A stretch of DNA of 64,000 bases from an uncultured Actinomycetes bacterium (GTDB taxonomy: Bacteria; Actinomycetota; Thermoleophilia; UBA2241), in the NCBI GenBank assembly GCA_963725665.1, contig CAVRZA010000004.1, positions 448,001 through 512,000 on the forward strand, written 5' to 3'. Shown one piece after another: positions 48,741-58,448 of this stretch. The stretch's first letter is position 1. Each line of letters opens with the position of its first letter. The position numbers were made by a program, and so were the translations under genes. A model generated the notes under the pieces. That model was given only the letters and a program-made list of their open reading frames with translations, searched no databases and was not told where the DNA came from.

Positions 48741-49726
48741 TGTTCAGGGCGCTCGCGGCGGGCATCACCTCGATGGTCGTCATTCTCATCATCGGACCGG
48801 CCTTCATCGACTACCTGCGCCGCAACGAGTTCGGGCAGGAGATCCGCGAGGACGGTCCCGCGGGGCACGTCACGAAGGCCGGCACGCCGACCATGGGCGG
48901 CGTCCTCATCATGCTCGCCGTGCTCGTCCCGTTCTTCGTCTTCAGCGACATGTCGGTGGCCTCGTTCGCCGTGCTCACGGTGATGATCGGCGGCGCCCTG
49001 ATCGGCTTCGCCGACGACTGGATCAAGATCGTCAAGAAGCGCTCGCTGGGCCTCGCGGCGCGCTACAAGCTGCTCTGTCAGTTGTTGCTGGGGCTGCTGA
49101 TCGGCTTCGTCGCGCTGCGCTTCACCGGCCTCGACACGACGATCGACGTGCCTTTCTCCGACCACGGCTGGCACCTGAGCACGTTCTGGTGGTACGTGCT
49201 CATCGTGGTCGTCATCTGGTCGACGACGAACGCCGTCAACCTCACCGACGGCCTCGACGGGCTCGCCGCCGGCACCTCGGCCATCGTGCTGCTCAGCCTG
49301 GCGTCGATCGCGTTCATCATCGGTCGCGGCGAGCACGATCCGGGCATGCTCGACCTGACGGTGCTCTCGGGCTGTATCGTCGGCGCCTGTCTCGGCTTCC
49401 TCTGGTTCAACACGTTCCCGGCCGACATCTTCATGGGCGACACCGGCTCTCTCGGCCTCGGCGGCGCCATCGCCGGCATGGCCATCCTCACGCGCTCCGA
49501 GATCCTGCTGATCCTCATCGGCGGCCTCTTCGTGCTCGAGACCCTCTCGGTGATCGCCCAGGTCGTCTCGTTCAAGCTCTTCCACAGGCGCGTGCTGCTC
49601 ATGGCGCCCCTGCACCACCACTTCGAGATGAAGGCCTGGTCGGAGACGAAGATCATCGTGCGCTTCTGGATCATCGCCGCCATCATGGCCGGCACCGGCT
49701 TCGCCATCTACTACGCCAGCTTCTGA
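48740..49726 (+). CDS. mraY: phospho-MurNAc-pentapeptide transferase
   Basis: KAGTPTMGG, DD, NAVNLTDGLDGL, FMGDTGS and APLHHHFE. Confidence 0.97.
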   Translation: MFRALAAGITSMVVILIIGPAFIDYLRRNEFGQEIREDGPAGHVTKAGTPTMGGVLIMLAVLVPFFVFSDMSVASFAVLTVMIGGALIGFADDWIKIVKKRSLGLAARYKLLCQLLLGLLIGFVALRFTGLDTTIDVPFSDHGWHLSTFWWYVLIVVVIWSTTNAVNLTDGLDGLAAGTSAIVLLSLASIAFIIGRGEHDPGMLDLTVLSGCIVGACLGFLWFNTFPADIFMGDTGSLGLGGAIAGMAILTRSEILLILIGGLFVLETLSVIAQVVSFKLFHRRVLLMAPLHHHFEMKAWSETKIIVRFWIIAAIMAGTGFAIYYASF

Positions 49727-49848
49727 GCGTCGAGGGACAGGACGCGCCACCCTCGTGGCATGCCGGCTTGCGCGCCTTTGTCACAGGACGCACCGACACC
49801 GCGGCGAACCTAGGTCGATGAGCCGTCGCTGCACGTACAAGGGATGAG

Positions 49849-51435
49849 ATGACCGACCTCGCCGACATCCGTTCGCTCGCCGTCCTCGGGCTGGGCTCCT
49901 CGGGGCGCGCCGCGGCGCTCCTGGCGGCGCGCCGCCTGACCGGCGTGGCCGTCACTGCGCTCGACGCCAAGCGCGAGGAGGAGCTCGGGGCGACGCCGGC
50001 CGAGCTGCGCTCGGCCGGCGTCGCCCTCGACCTCGGTCCGCAGGCGCACCTTCCGGACAGTGTCGACCTGCTGGTGAAGAGTCCGGGGGTGCCCAACGAG
50101 AGCCCGGTCGTGCGGGCGGCGCTGGCGCGCGGGGTGTCCATCTGGGGCGAGCTCGAGTTCGCCTACCGCTTCCTCGACGCGACGACGATCGCCATCACCG
50201 GCACGAACGGCAAGACGACGACCACCGAGCTGACCGGCGCCATCCTGGCGGGCGCCGGTCTCCCGGTGGTCGTCGCCGGCAACGTCGGCCATCCCATCGC
50301 CCTAGTGCCCGGCCACGCGCCGCCGGGAGCGATCGTCGTCGCCGAGGTGTCGTCGTTCCAGATGGAGTACGTGGAGCGCTTTCAGCCGCGTGTCGCCGTT
50401 CTCCTCAACCTGACCGAGGACCATCTCGACCGCCACGGGACCTACGCCGGCTACGTGGCCGCCAAGCTCCGCCTGTTCGAGAACCAGAGCGAGGGCGACC
50501 TGGCGCTGCTCAACGGGGACGACCCCGGCGTGGCGGCGGAGCTCGAAGGGCGGTCGGCGGGAGGGCCGGCTGCCCCGGCGGGACGCGAAGCCGCGCAGAG
50601 TGCGGTCACACGTGGTGCAGGGACGCCGGAGGCGACGCGGCCGGGCGTCGCGACACCGGGCCGAGGGGCGATCCCCGGCCGCGGCCGCCTGGGTTTCTTC
50701 GCCCTGGGGACCGGGCGCGAGCCTCTGCGCGCCGGCCTCGACGGCGAGCTGCTCTGGGTCGCCGGCGACGACAGGCGGCGTGCGCCGCTCTGCCGCCGCG
50801 GCGAGCTGGCTCTCAAAGGCGAGCACAACCTGAGCAACTCGCTGGCCGCCGCGGCCGCCGCGGCGGCACTCGGGGTCGCGCCGCCCGACATCGCCGGCGT
50901 GCTCACGAGCTTTCCGGGGGTGGCACACCGGCTGCAGGTGGTGGCCACGGTCGGCGGCGTGACCTACGTGAACGACTCCAAGGCGACCAACATCGACTCG
51001 ACGCTCAAGGCGCTGACGGCGTACTCGGGGCCGGTGCACCTCATCCTCGGAGGCTACGGCAAGGGCTCGCCGTTCGACGAGCTCGCCCAAGCCTGTGTGG
51101 GCAAGATCAAGGAGGCCATCCTCATAGGGAGGGCGGCCCCGGAGCTGGAGGAGGCCTTCGCGCGGGTGGCGGCGGCCGCCGAGGCAAGGCGCAGCGGCGT
51201 GGACGCGTCACGGAGCGAGAAGAAGGGTGCCCTCGCCGGTCAATCCGCGCCGCCTCCGCCGACGGTGGCGCTCCCCGACCTGCCGGCGGCGCTCGAGCAC
51301 GCGCATCGCGCGGCGGAGCCGGGCGACGTCGTCCTCCTGAGCCCGGCCTGCGCCAGCTATGACCAGTATAGGAACTTCGAGGAGCGGGGCGAACACTTTA
51401 TGGCCATGGTCCGCGAGCTGGAGGAGAGGAGCTAG
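49849..51435 (+). CDS. murD: UDP-MurNAc-L-Ala-D-Glu ligase
   Basis: KSPGVP, ITGTNGKTTT, EVSSFQ, DHLDRH, NDSKATN and LSPACAS. Confidence 0.95.
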   Translation: MTDLADIRSLAVLGLGSSGRAAALLAARRLTGVAVTALDAKREEELGATPAELRSAGVALDLGPQAHLPDSVDLLVKSPGVPNESPVVRAALARGVSIWGELEFAYRFLDATTIAITGTNGKTTTTELTGAILAGAGLPVVVAGNVGHPIALVPGHAPPGAIVVAEVSSFQMEYVERFQPRVAVLLNLTEDHLDRHGTYAGYVAAKLRLFENQSEGDLALLNGDDPGVAAELEGRSAGGPAAPAGREAAQSAVTRGAGTPEATRPGVATPGRGAIPGRGRLGFFALGTGREPLRAGLDGELLWVAGDDRRRAPLCRRGELALKGEHNLSNSLAAAAAAAALGVAPPDIAGVLTSFPGVAHRLQVVATVGGVTYVNDSKATNIDSTLKALTAYSGPVHLILGGYGKGSPFDELAQACVGKIKEAILIGRAAPELEEAFARVAAAAEARRSGVDASRSEKKGALAGQSAPPPPTVALPDLPAALEHAHRAAEPGDVVLLSPACASYDQYRNFEERGEHFMAMVRELEERS

Positions 51436-51439
51436 CTGC

Positions 51440-52834
51440 ATGCCCCGCGGCTCGCGTTCGAGCACGGGAGAGAATCCCGACCAGATGCAACTCCCCGACT
51501 GGGTGACGCCGCCGCCGGAGCGGCGCAGCGGCGTGGAGCGGCGGTCGACGGACCGCCGCGCCACGCCGCGCTCGCCCGGCGGCGACCTCGCCGAGCGCCG
51601 GGAGAGCGAGCGACGCGTCGCTGAGCGCCGCCGGGCGGCCGCGGTGCGGCAGCCGCCCGGCGTCGCCGAGCGCCGCGTCCTCGTCATCGCCGCTATGCTG
51701 CTGCTGGTCTACGGCCTCGTCATGGCGTACAGCGCCTCGACGGCCAAGGCCTACTTCCAGTACGGCTCGAGCTTCTACCTGTTCGAGCGCCAGGTCGTTT
51801 ACGCCGTCCTCGGGGTGCTGGCGATGGTCCTGCTCTCGCGCGTCGACTACATCTGGTGGCGCCGTTTGGCTGTGCCGTTGGCGGTCCTGGTCACACTGGG
51901 ACTGGTCGCCGTGCTCGTCCCCGGCGTCGGCTCGCAGATCAACGGCGCCCGGCGCTGGATCATCGTCGGCGGCCAGTCGGTCACTCCGAGCGAGTTCGCC
52001 AAGCTGGCCGCCGTCATGCTCGTCGCGGCGCTCATCGCTCAGCGGCCCTGGGAGGTGCGCACCGCGCCCGGCTTCGCCAGATTGGTCGCCATCGGCATCC
52101 TGCCGGCCGCGGCCCTGATCATGCTCGAGCCCGACCTCGGCACCACCATGGTGCTGGTCCTCGCGGTGGTCGCCGTACTTCTTGCCGGCGGGGCGCGCAT
52201 CGGCCACTTCGTGGTCTTCACCCTGGCCGGCGCGCTGTGCGTCCTGGCGCTCATCGTCGTGGAGCCCTACCGCATGGCGCGGCTGACAGCGTTCTTGCAC
52301 CCGTGGCGAGACCCGCAGGGCAGCGGCATGCAGACGGTGCAGTCACTGATCTCGATCGCCTCGGGTCGCCTGTTCGGCGTCGGCCTCGGCAACTCTATCC
52401 AGAAGTTCGGCTTCCTCCCGGAGCAGGCGACCGACTCGATCACCGGCATCATCGGGGAGGAGCTGGGCCTCGCCGGTCTGCTCGTGCTGATCGGCCTCTA
52501 CGTGCTCCTCGCCTGGTCCTGTCTGCGCATCGCTCTCGACTGCAAGGAGCGCTTCGGCAAGCTGCTGGCCGTCGGCATCGCGACCGGCATCGCCGGACAG
52601 GCTCTCATCAACATCGGCGCGGCTCTGGGTGTGCTGCCCCTCACCGGGGTGCCCCTGCCGCTGGTGTCGCTGGGCGGGACGAGTCTCGTCGTCGTCCTGG
52701 CCGGCGTAGGTATAGTGCTCAACATCGCCACGAATCGCAGGAGCCACATCGTTGCCAGCCCTGAAGGGAGCGACCCTCCTCGTGGCGGCGGGCGGGACGG
52801 GCGGTCACATGACGCCCGCGCTCGCCGTCGCTGA
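51440..52834 (+). CDS. ftsW: SEDS polymerase FtsW with Arg-rich N-terminal extension
   Basis: GARRWI, PSEFAK, EPDLG, LPE..TD, GEELG and P.TG.PLP.VS.GG. Confidence 0.94.
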   Translation: MPRGSRSSTGENPDQMQLPDWVTPPPERRSGVERRSTDRRATPRSPGGDLAERRESERRVAERRRAAAVRQPPGVAERRVLVIAAMLLLVYGLVMAYSASTAKAYFQYGSSFYLFERQVVYAVLGVLAMVLLSRVDYIWWRRLAVPLAVLVTLGLVAVLVPGVGSQINGARRWIIVGGQSVTPSEFAKLAAVMLVAALIAQRPWEVRTAPGFARLVAIGILPAAALIMLEPDLGTTMVLVLAVVAVLLAGGARIGHFVVFTLAGALCVLALIVVEPYRMARLTAFLHPWRDPQGSGMQTVQSLISIASGRLFGVGLGNSIQKFGFLPEQATDSITGIIGEELGLAGLLVLIGLYVLLAWSCLRIALDCKERFGKLLAVGIATGIAGQALINIGAALGVLPLTGVPLPLVSLGGTSLVVVLAGVGIVLNIATNRRSHIVASPEGSDPPRGGGRDGRSHDARARRR

Positions 52835-53840
52835 CGAGCTCGACCGGCGCGGCGCTCGCGTCGCCTTCGTCACGACGCCGTCGCAGCTCGCCCGCGTCGC
52901 GGAACGCTACCCGGCGCGCGCCATCGAGATGAGGGGCTTCGAGCGGCGGCTGCTGGCCGCCGAGAACGTGACTACCCTGCGGCGGCTGGCAGCCGCTGCT
53001 CCCAGCGCATGGCGCGCCGTGAGCGAGGTCCGGCCCGACGTCGTGCTCGGCGGCGGCGGTTACGTGAGCGGTCCCGTCGTCGCCCTGGCGGGGCTGCGCG
53101 GCGTCCCGGCGCTGGCGCTCGAGAACGACGCCCACCTCGGCGTGACCAACCGCCTGCTGCGTCCGTTCGTGCGCCGCTTCTGTCTCGCGTTCCCCATCGC
53201 GGGGCTGGGACCGCCCAAGTACGTCGTCACGGGCCGGGCCCTCTCGGAGCGTCAGCTCGCCGCCGACGCCGCCGAGGCGCGGCGCGTCTTCGAGCTGGCT
53301 GCCGACGTCCCGCTGGTGCTCGCCTTCGGTGGCAGCCAGGGGGCGCAGAGCATCAACCGCGCTTGTGTCGAGGGCTTCTCGCCGGCGCCGCGCGGCTTCC
53401 AGCTCGTGCTGGTGACGGGGGAGAGGAACCTCGCGGCCGTAGACGAGGATCTCGCGCGGCGGGACGTCGACCGTTCGCTCTTCACGACGGTCGGCTACAC
53501 CGACAAGCTCGCCGACCTCATGGCCGCCGCCGACCTCATCGTCGCGCGCTCGGGAGGCTCGCTGGCCGAGATCACCGCTCTCGGTCGGCCGGCGATTCTG
53601 GTACCCTACCCCTTCGCCAGCGCCGACCATCAGCGCAGGAACGCCGAGTGGATGGCCGCCGGCGGCGGGGCCGTCATCGTCCCCGACGAGGAGCTGGACG
53701 GAGCGCGCCTGGCGCGCGAGGTCGCGGCGCTGCTGAGCGATCAGGAGCGGCTGGCGCGGATGGCGGCCGCGAGCCGGGCGCTGGGGCGGCCGGCGGCCAC
53801 GGCCGCCGTGGCCGATGAGATCGCACGGGTGCTGGCGTAG
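52752..53840 (+). CDS. murG: MurG glycosyltransferase
   Basis: AGGTGGH, GGYVSGP, GGSQGA and VPYP...DHQ..NA. Confidence 0.95.
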   Translation: MPALKGATLLVAAGGTGGHMTPALAVADELDRRGARVAFVTTPSQLARVAERYPARAIEMRGFERRLLAAENVTTLRRLAAAAPSAWRAVSEVRPDVVLGGGGYVSGPVVALAGLRGVPALALENDAHLGVTNRLLRPFVRRFCLAFPIAGLGPPKYVVTGRALSERQLAADAAEARRVFELAADVPLVLAFGGSQGAQSINRACVEGFSPAPRGFQLVLVTGERNLAAVDEDLARRDVDRSLFTTVGYTDKLADLMAAADLIVARSGGSLAEITALGRPAILVPYPFASADHQRRNAEWMAAGGGAVIVPDEELDGARLAREVAALLSDQERLARMAAASRALGRPAATAAVADEIARVLA

Positions 53841-53918
53841 CAGGGCGCGCCGGACCGCTCTCTCCCGTCGAACGGGCGAGGGTCGGCGGGCGTGCCGGCG
53901 AAGAGGAGCGAGGAGAGG

Positions 53919-55367
53919 ATGACGCAAAGCGGTCGAGACGTGAGCAGTGCTGTGCACGAGCCGCCGGCGGGGCCGGTGCACTTCATCGGCATCGGCGGCG
54001 CCGGCATGAGCGGCATCGCCGCCGTCCTCGCCCGTCTCGGGGTCGCCGTCACGGGCTCCGACCTCAAGGTGTCGCGCTACACGCGTCACGTCGAGGGGCT
54101 CGGCGTCGCGGTCCACATCGGGCACCACGAGGCCAACCTCGGTGAGGCCGCCATGGTCGTGATCTCCTCGGCCATCCCCGAGTCCAACCCCGAGCTGCGC
54201 GCCGCCCGGCGAACGGGACTGCCCGTCCTGCAGCGGGCCGAGATGCTGGCGCGCGTGATGACCATGCGGCGCGGCATCGCCGTGGCGGGCACGCACGGCA
54301 AGACGACGACCTCGTCGATGGTCTCGCACGTCCTGTTCCAGTGCGGCCTCGAACCCACCTTCCTCGTCGGCGGCGAGCTCAACGACATGGGCTCCAACGC
54401 CGGCGTGGGCGGGGGCGAGTGGCTCGTCGCCGAGGCCGACGAGAGCGACGGCAGCCTCCTCTTCCTGCGTCCCGAGGTGGCCGTGGTGACCAACGTCGAG
54501 CTCGACCACCACGCCAACTACCGCTGTCTCGACGAGGTGCGCGACGTGTTCCGGCGCTTCGTCGCGCTGCTGCCGCCGACTGGCCTTCTAGTGCTCGCCG
54601 AGGAGCCGACGACCGCGTTCCTGCCCGGGGCCTCGGGAGCGCCCGTCGTGACCTACGGCATCGATCGCGGCGATCTCGCGGCCGATGTCGAGCGCGTCGA
54701 CGATCGCGGCAGTGCGTTCGTCGTGCGCGAGCGCGGCGAGCAGTTGGGGCGCGTCGAGCTGCGCGTGCCGGGCGAGCACAACGTGCTCAACGCGCTCGCC
54801 GCCCTCGGCGCGCTGGCGCACGCCGGTGTGAGCTTCGACCAAGCGGCGCCCCACCTGGCCACCTTCAGCGGCGCAGCCCGTCGCTACCAGGAGTTGGGGC
54901 GCCGCGACGGCGTCGTGGTCGTCGACGACTACGCCCACCACCCGACCGAGATCGCCGCCACGCTGAAGGCTGCCAAGGCAGGCTCCCACCGACGGGTGAT
55001 CGCCGTCTTCCAGCCCCACCTCTTCTCGCGCACGCGCTACCTGCAGCGCGAGTTCGGCAGGGCGCTGACCCTGGCCGACGAGGCCATCGTCACCGATGTC
55101 TTCGCGGCGCGCGAGGAACCCGAGCCGGGTGTGAGCGGCAAGCTGATCGTCGACGCCTACCTGGCCGAGCGTCCCGGCGGCCCGGTGTGGTACCTGCCGC
55201 ACCTCGGCGACGTCGTCGGTCATCTGGCGCGCTCCGTGCGCCCCGGAGACCTGGTGCTGACGATCGGCGCCGGCGATGTGTTCAGGGTGGGGGAGAGGCT
55301 GCTCGAGGAGCTCGCCGGCGAGCCTGCGGATGAGTCTTCCGCGGCCGCCGGCACCATCTCGGACTGA
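53919..55367 (+). CDS. murC: UDP-MurNAc-L-Ala ligase
   Basis: HFIGIGGAGMSG, GTHGKTTT, EADESD, DDYAHHPTE and FQPH..SRT. Confidence 0.96.
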   Translation: MTQSGRDVSSAVHEPPAGPVHFIGIGGAGMSGIAAVLARLGVAVTGSDLKVSRYTRHVEGLGVAVHIGHHEANLGEAAMVVISSAIPESNPELRAARRTGLPVLQRAEMLARVMTMRRGIAVAGTHGKTTTSSMVSHVLFQCGLEPTFLVGGELNDMGSNAGVGGGEWLVAEADESDGSLLFLRPEVAVVTNVELDHHANYRCLDEVRDVFRRFVALLPPTGLLVLAEEPTTAFLPGASGAPVVTYGIDRGDLAADVERVDDRGSAFVVRERGEQLGRVELRVPGEHNVLNALAALGALAHAGVSFDQAAPHLATFSGAARRYQELGRRDGVVVVDDYAHHPTEIAATLKAAKAGSHRRVIAVFQPHLFSRTRYLQREFGRALTLADEAIVTDVFAAREEPEPGVSGKLIVDAYLAERPGGPVWYLPHLGDVVGHLARSVRPGDLVLTIGAGDVFRVGERLLEELAGEPADESSAAAGTISD

Positions 55368-55516
55368 CGCCTCGCCGGAGGCGTTCATCTACGCCGGACC
55401 CTTCAAGGAGAAGGCCGCCTCCCGGCGAATGAGCCACAAGGGAGGACTGGTTCGGCGTCGCCGTACCCTGCGGTCCCCCGGGAGAGCCGGGTCGCGGGCG
55501 ATGGGAGGTGTGACGA

Positions 55517-56817
55517 GTGACGAGCAGTGGGCGACGGCCTCGTGTGCGTCTGCGCGTCCTCCTCATCGTGCTCATCGTCGCGCTTCCCCTGAGCGTCTAC
55601 CTGTGGGGACGCGGCTCCTCGGCATTCGCGGTGCAGCGCATCGAGCTCTCGGGGGCGCGCAGGGTCTCGGCCGCCAAGGCGGCCAAGACCCTGCGCGCCC
55701 GCTTCCTCGGGCACAACCTCTTCGGCGTGCGCGTCGCCCAGGTCGCCGCCGCTTTGGAGTCCTTCCCCTACTTCGCGCACGTCGAGATCGACCGCGACTT
55801 CCCCAACACGCTGCTTGTGCGCATCGTCGAGTACCGGCCGGCGGCCGTGCTCTTCTCAGCGGGGCGCTGGTACGTCGTGTCGCGCGAGGGCCGCGTGCTG
55901 CTGCGACTGCCGGGCGTCGTCGCGCCGCCTTCGGCGGCGAGCGGGGTCAGTGCTGGGGCGCAGGGGTCGGCGGGCGACGGGCAGGCCGACGGCGACGCCC
56001 GCTCGGGGACCGTCAAGACGACGGCCGCGTCGCGGGCGACGCGGCGGCCGCCACGCCGGCCGCGTCGGGAGGGACCTCGGCCGGCAGCGGCGGGACGAGC
56101 TCCGCATCGACGACCAACGCCGCGGCCGTCGACTCGACGACGACCAGCGCGAGCGCCGCCGCGGCAAGCGACGCGTCGGCGCTCGCGGCGTCGATCAGCT
56201 CCGCCTCGCTTGGAGCTCCGGCGCACGCGCCGTCCCTGTTCGCCGGAGATCTGACGGCCGAGATCCTCGCCGCCGCCGCGCCGCCGCGGCAAGCGGACCG
56301 GCTGCCCGTGCTGGTCACGAAGAAGAAGGTGAAGGTCGGCAGTACCGTCGCCGACCGCTCCGTGCGCGACGCGCTCGCCGTGCTGGCGGCGCTGCCCACG
56401 AGCCTGCGATCGCAGGTGCTGTTCGTGACGGTCGCCCCCGCCGGCATCGACGTCGTGCTGCGCAGCGGGGTGACCTTCGCCTTGGGCGACGCGCACGACC
56501 TGGACAACAAGGTCCTCGCCCTGCGGGCGGTGCTCGCGGCCTATCAGCGTCATCGTGTGCGCGCGACCTGGGTCGACGTCTCGGTGCCCAACCGGCCGCT
56601 GGGCACCCCGGTCATCGTCAGTCGTCCCGCCCAGGTGCAGTCCGCGTCGCCGACGCCCAAGTCCACCCCGACGCCCAAGTCCACCCCGACGCCCAAGTCC
56701 ACCGCGACGCCCAGGACCACGAAGGCCAGCCCCTCGCCCACCGCCAGTGGCTCGCCTGCGAACGGCAAGAGCGCTACTCCCTCGCCCAAGCCCACGAGGA
56801 CTGCGGCGTCGCCGTGA
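55517..56817 (+). CDS. ftsQ: FtsQ/DivIB-like protein (indel near 56040)
   Basis: TM, POTRA (F.V..I...G...RDFPNTL.V.I.E), and a C-terminal beta-domain ending VDVSVP.RP in a second frame. Confidence 0.75.
56650..56713 (+). repeat. 18-bp coding tandem repeat (PTPKST x~3.5)
   Basis: ccgacgcccaagtccacc repeated. Confidence 0.85.
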
Positions 56818-56903
56818 CCTGTCGGCGCGGCGACGCCGCAGTCCTCCGGCGAGTCGGGCCCGATGGCGTCGCCGGGCGTGACGGCGCATCGACGAGGCCT
56901 CGT

Positions 56904-56932
56904 TTGACACTCATAGGAGGCGTCAGTATGCT
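56904..56932 (+). promoter_or_regulatory. housekeeping sigma promoter of ftsZ
   Basis: TTGACA-17-TATGCT. Confidence 0.7.
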
Positions 56933-57107
56933 AGCCGGAAGCCCGGCTCAAGCCGGCGATGAGAGTTCCCTAGTGTGGGAAAGCCCTGCAAAACGGCTCT
57001 GAACGAAGTGGAGACCGCAAGGCCCGCAGTCACGCTTCAAGCAGAGCTTGAGGGTTTGCGGCGGCGGATTCGGCGAGTCTCAACGGTGACAGGAGGGTGA
57101 GCGGGCG

Positions 57108-58200
57108 ATGATGGACTCTTCGAGCAACTACCTCGCCGTCATCAAGGTCGTCGGCGTCGGCGGGGGCGGCACCAACGCCGTGAACCGCATGGTCGACGCG
57201 GGCCTGCGCGGCGTCGAGTTCATCGCCGTCAACACCGACGCACAAGCGCTGCTCATGTGCGACGCCGATGTGAAGATCCACATCGGCAGCAAGATCACCC
57301 GCGGTCTTGGGGCGGGCGCCAACCCGACGATCGGCTACCAGGCTGCCGTCGAGAGCAAGGACGAGCTGCGTGACGCCCTCAAGGGCGCCGACATGGTGTT
57401 CGTGACCGCCGGCAAGGGCGGCGGCACGGGAACTGGCGCGGCGCCCGTCATCGCCCAGCTGGCCAAAGAGCTTGGCGCTCTCACGGTGGGTGTGGTGACG
57501 CGTCCCTTCGGCTTCGAGGGCAAACGCCGCGCCCGCCAGGCCGAGGACGGCATCCGAGCCCTCCGCGACAAGGTCGACACGCTCATCATCATCCCCAACG
57601 ACCGCCTTCTGCAGGTCGTCGAGCGCCGCACCTCGATCATCGACGCCTTCAAGGTCGCCGACGACGTGCTGCGCCAGGGCGTGCAGGGCATCACCGACCT
57701 CATCACGGTGCCCGGCCTCATCAACCTCGACTTCGCCGACGTGCGCACGATCATGAAAGACGCCGGTTCCGCCCTCATGGGCATCGGTGTGTCCAGCGGG
57801 GAGAACCGCGCCGTGGAGGCGGCCAAGGCGGCCATCTCCTCGCCCTTGCTCGAGGCGAGCGTCGAGGGGGCCATGGGGATCCTGCTCAACATCACCGGCG
57901 GCGGCGATCTCGGCCTGTTCGAGGTCAACGAGGCGGCCGAGATCATCTCGGGCGCCGCCGACTCGGACTGCAACATCATCTTCGGCGCCGTCATCGACGA
58001 GAACCTCGCCGACGAGGTGCGCGTCACGGTGATCGCGACGGGCTTCGACCATCCCCGCGCCGGCGAACGGCAGGCAGCCGAGCCGGCCGCCAAGGACGAG
58101 CCCCTCAAAGGGTCGACACTCCTGAAGGACCGAGGACAAGCCGACCTTCGAGATCGACGAGGACGTGCTCGACATCCCGAGCTTCCTGAAGGACCGCTGA
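57108..58200 (+). CDS. ftsZ: cell division protein FtsZ (indel near 58125)
   Basis: GVGGGG.NA, GGGTGTG and NLDFAD. The conserved tail LDIPSFLK* lies in another frame, ending at 58200. Confidence 0.96.
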
Positions 58201-58371
58201 CGATACCGGGCGCGCCACGCCGGCGTGCTGTTCGTCGACTTCGGATTCGCGACCTGCAGGCTGCGGATGCTGCCGTCGGTCGGCCGTGCCGCGCGACGTG
58301 CGTGCCCCCCGTCGCCACCAACGAAGTGCGTTTTTGCAGGGGTTTCTTCATTCTTGCAGCCTCCGTGTCGA

Positions 58372-58400
58372 TTGCATTCGCCTTCTGAACCGTCTAACCT
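58372..58400 (+). promoter_or_regulatory. putative secDF promoter
   Basis: TTGCAT-17-TAACCT. Confidence 0.5.
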
Positions 58401-58448
58401 GTAACGCTTGATGGCCTCGACCAGATCGGTACATCCCGCACCCTTCTC

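Noticed and set aside
56650-56713. Short repeats here and at 32309-32364 as CRISPR arrays
   Set aside because: They are in-frame coding repeats with few copies, no spacer array and no cas genes.
57108-58388. FtsZ with a novel hydrophobic C-terminal tail, or a programmed frameshift
   Set aside because: The canonical LDIPSFLK tail is present in another frame, there is no slippery site, and the window is rich in indels.
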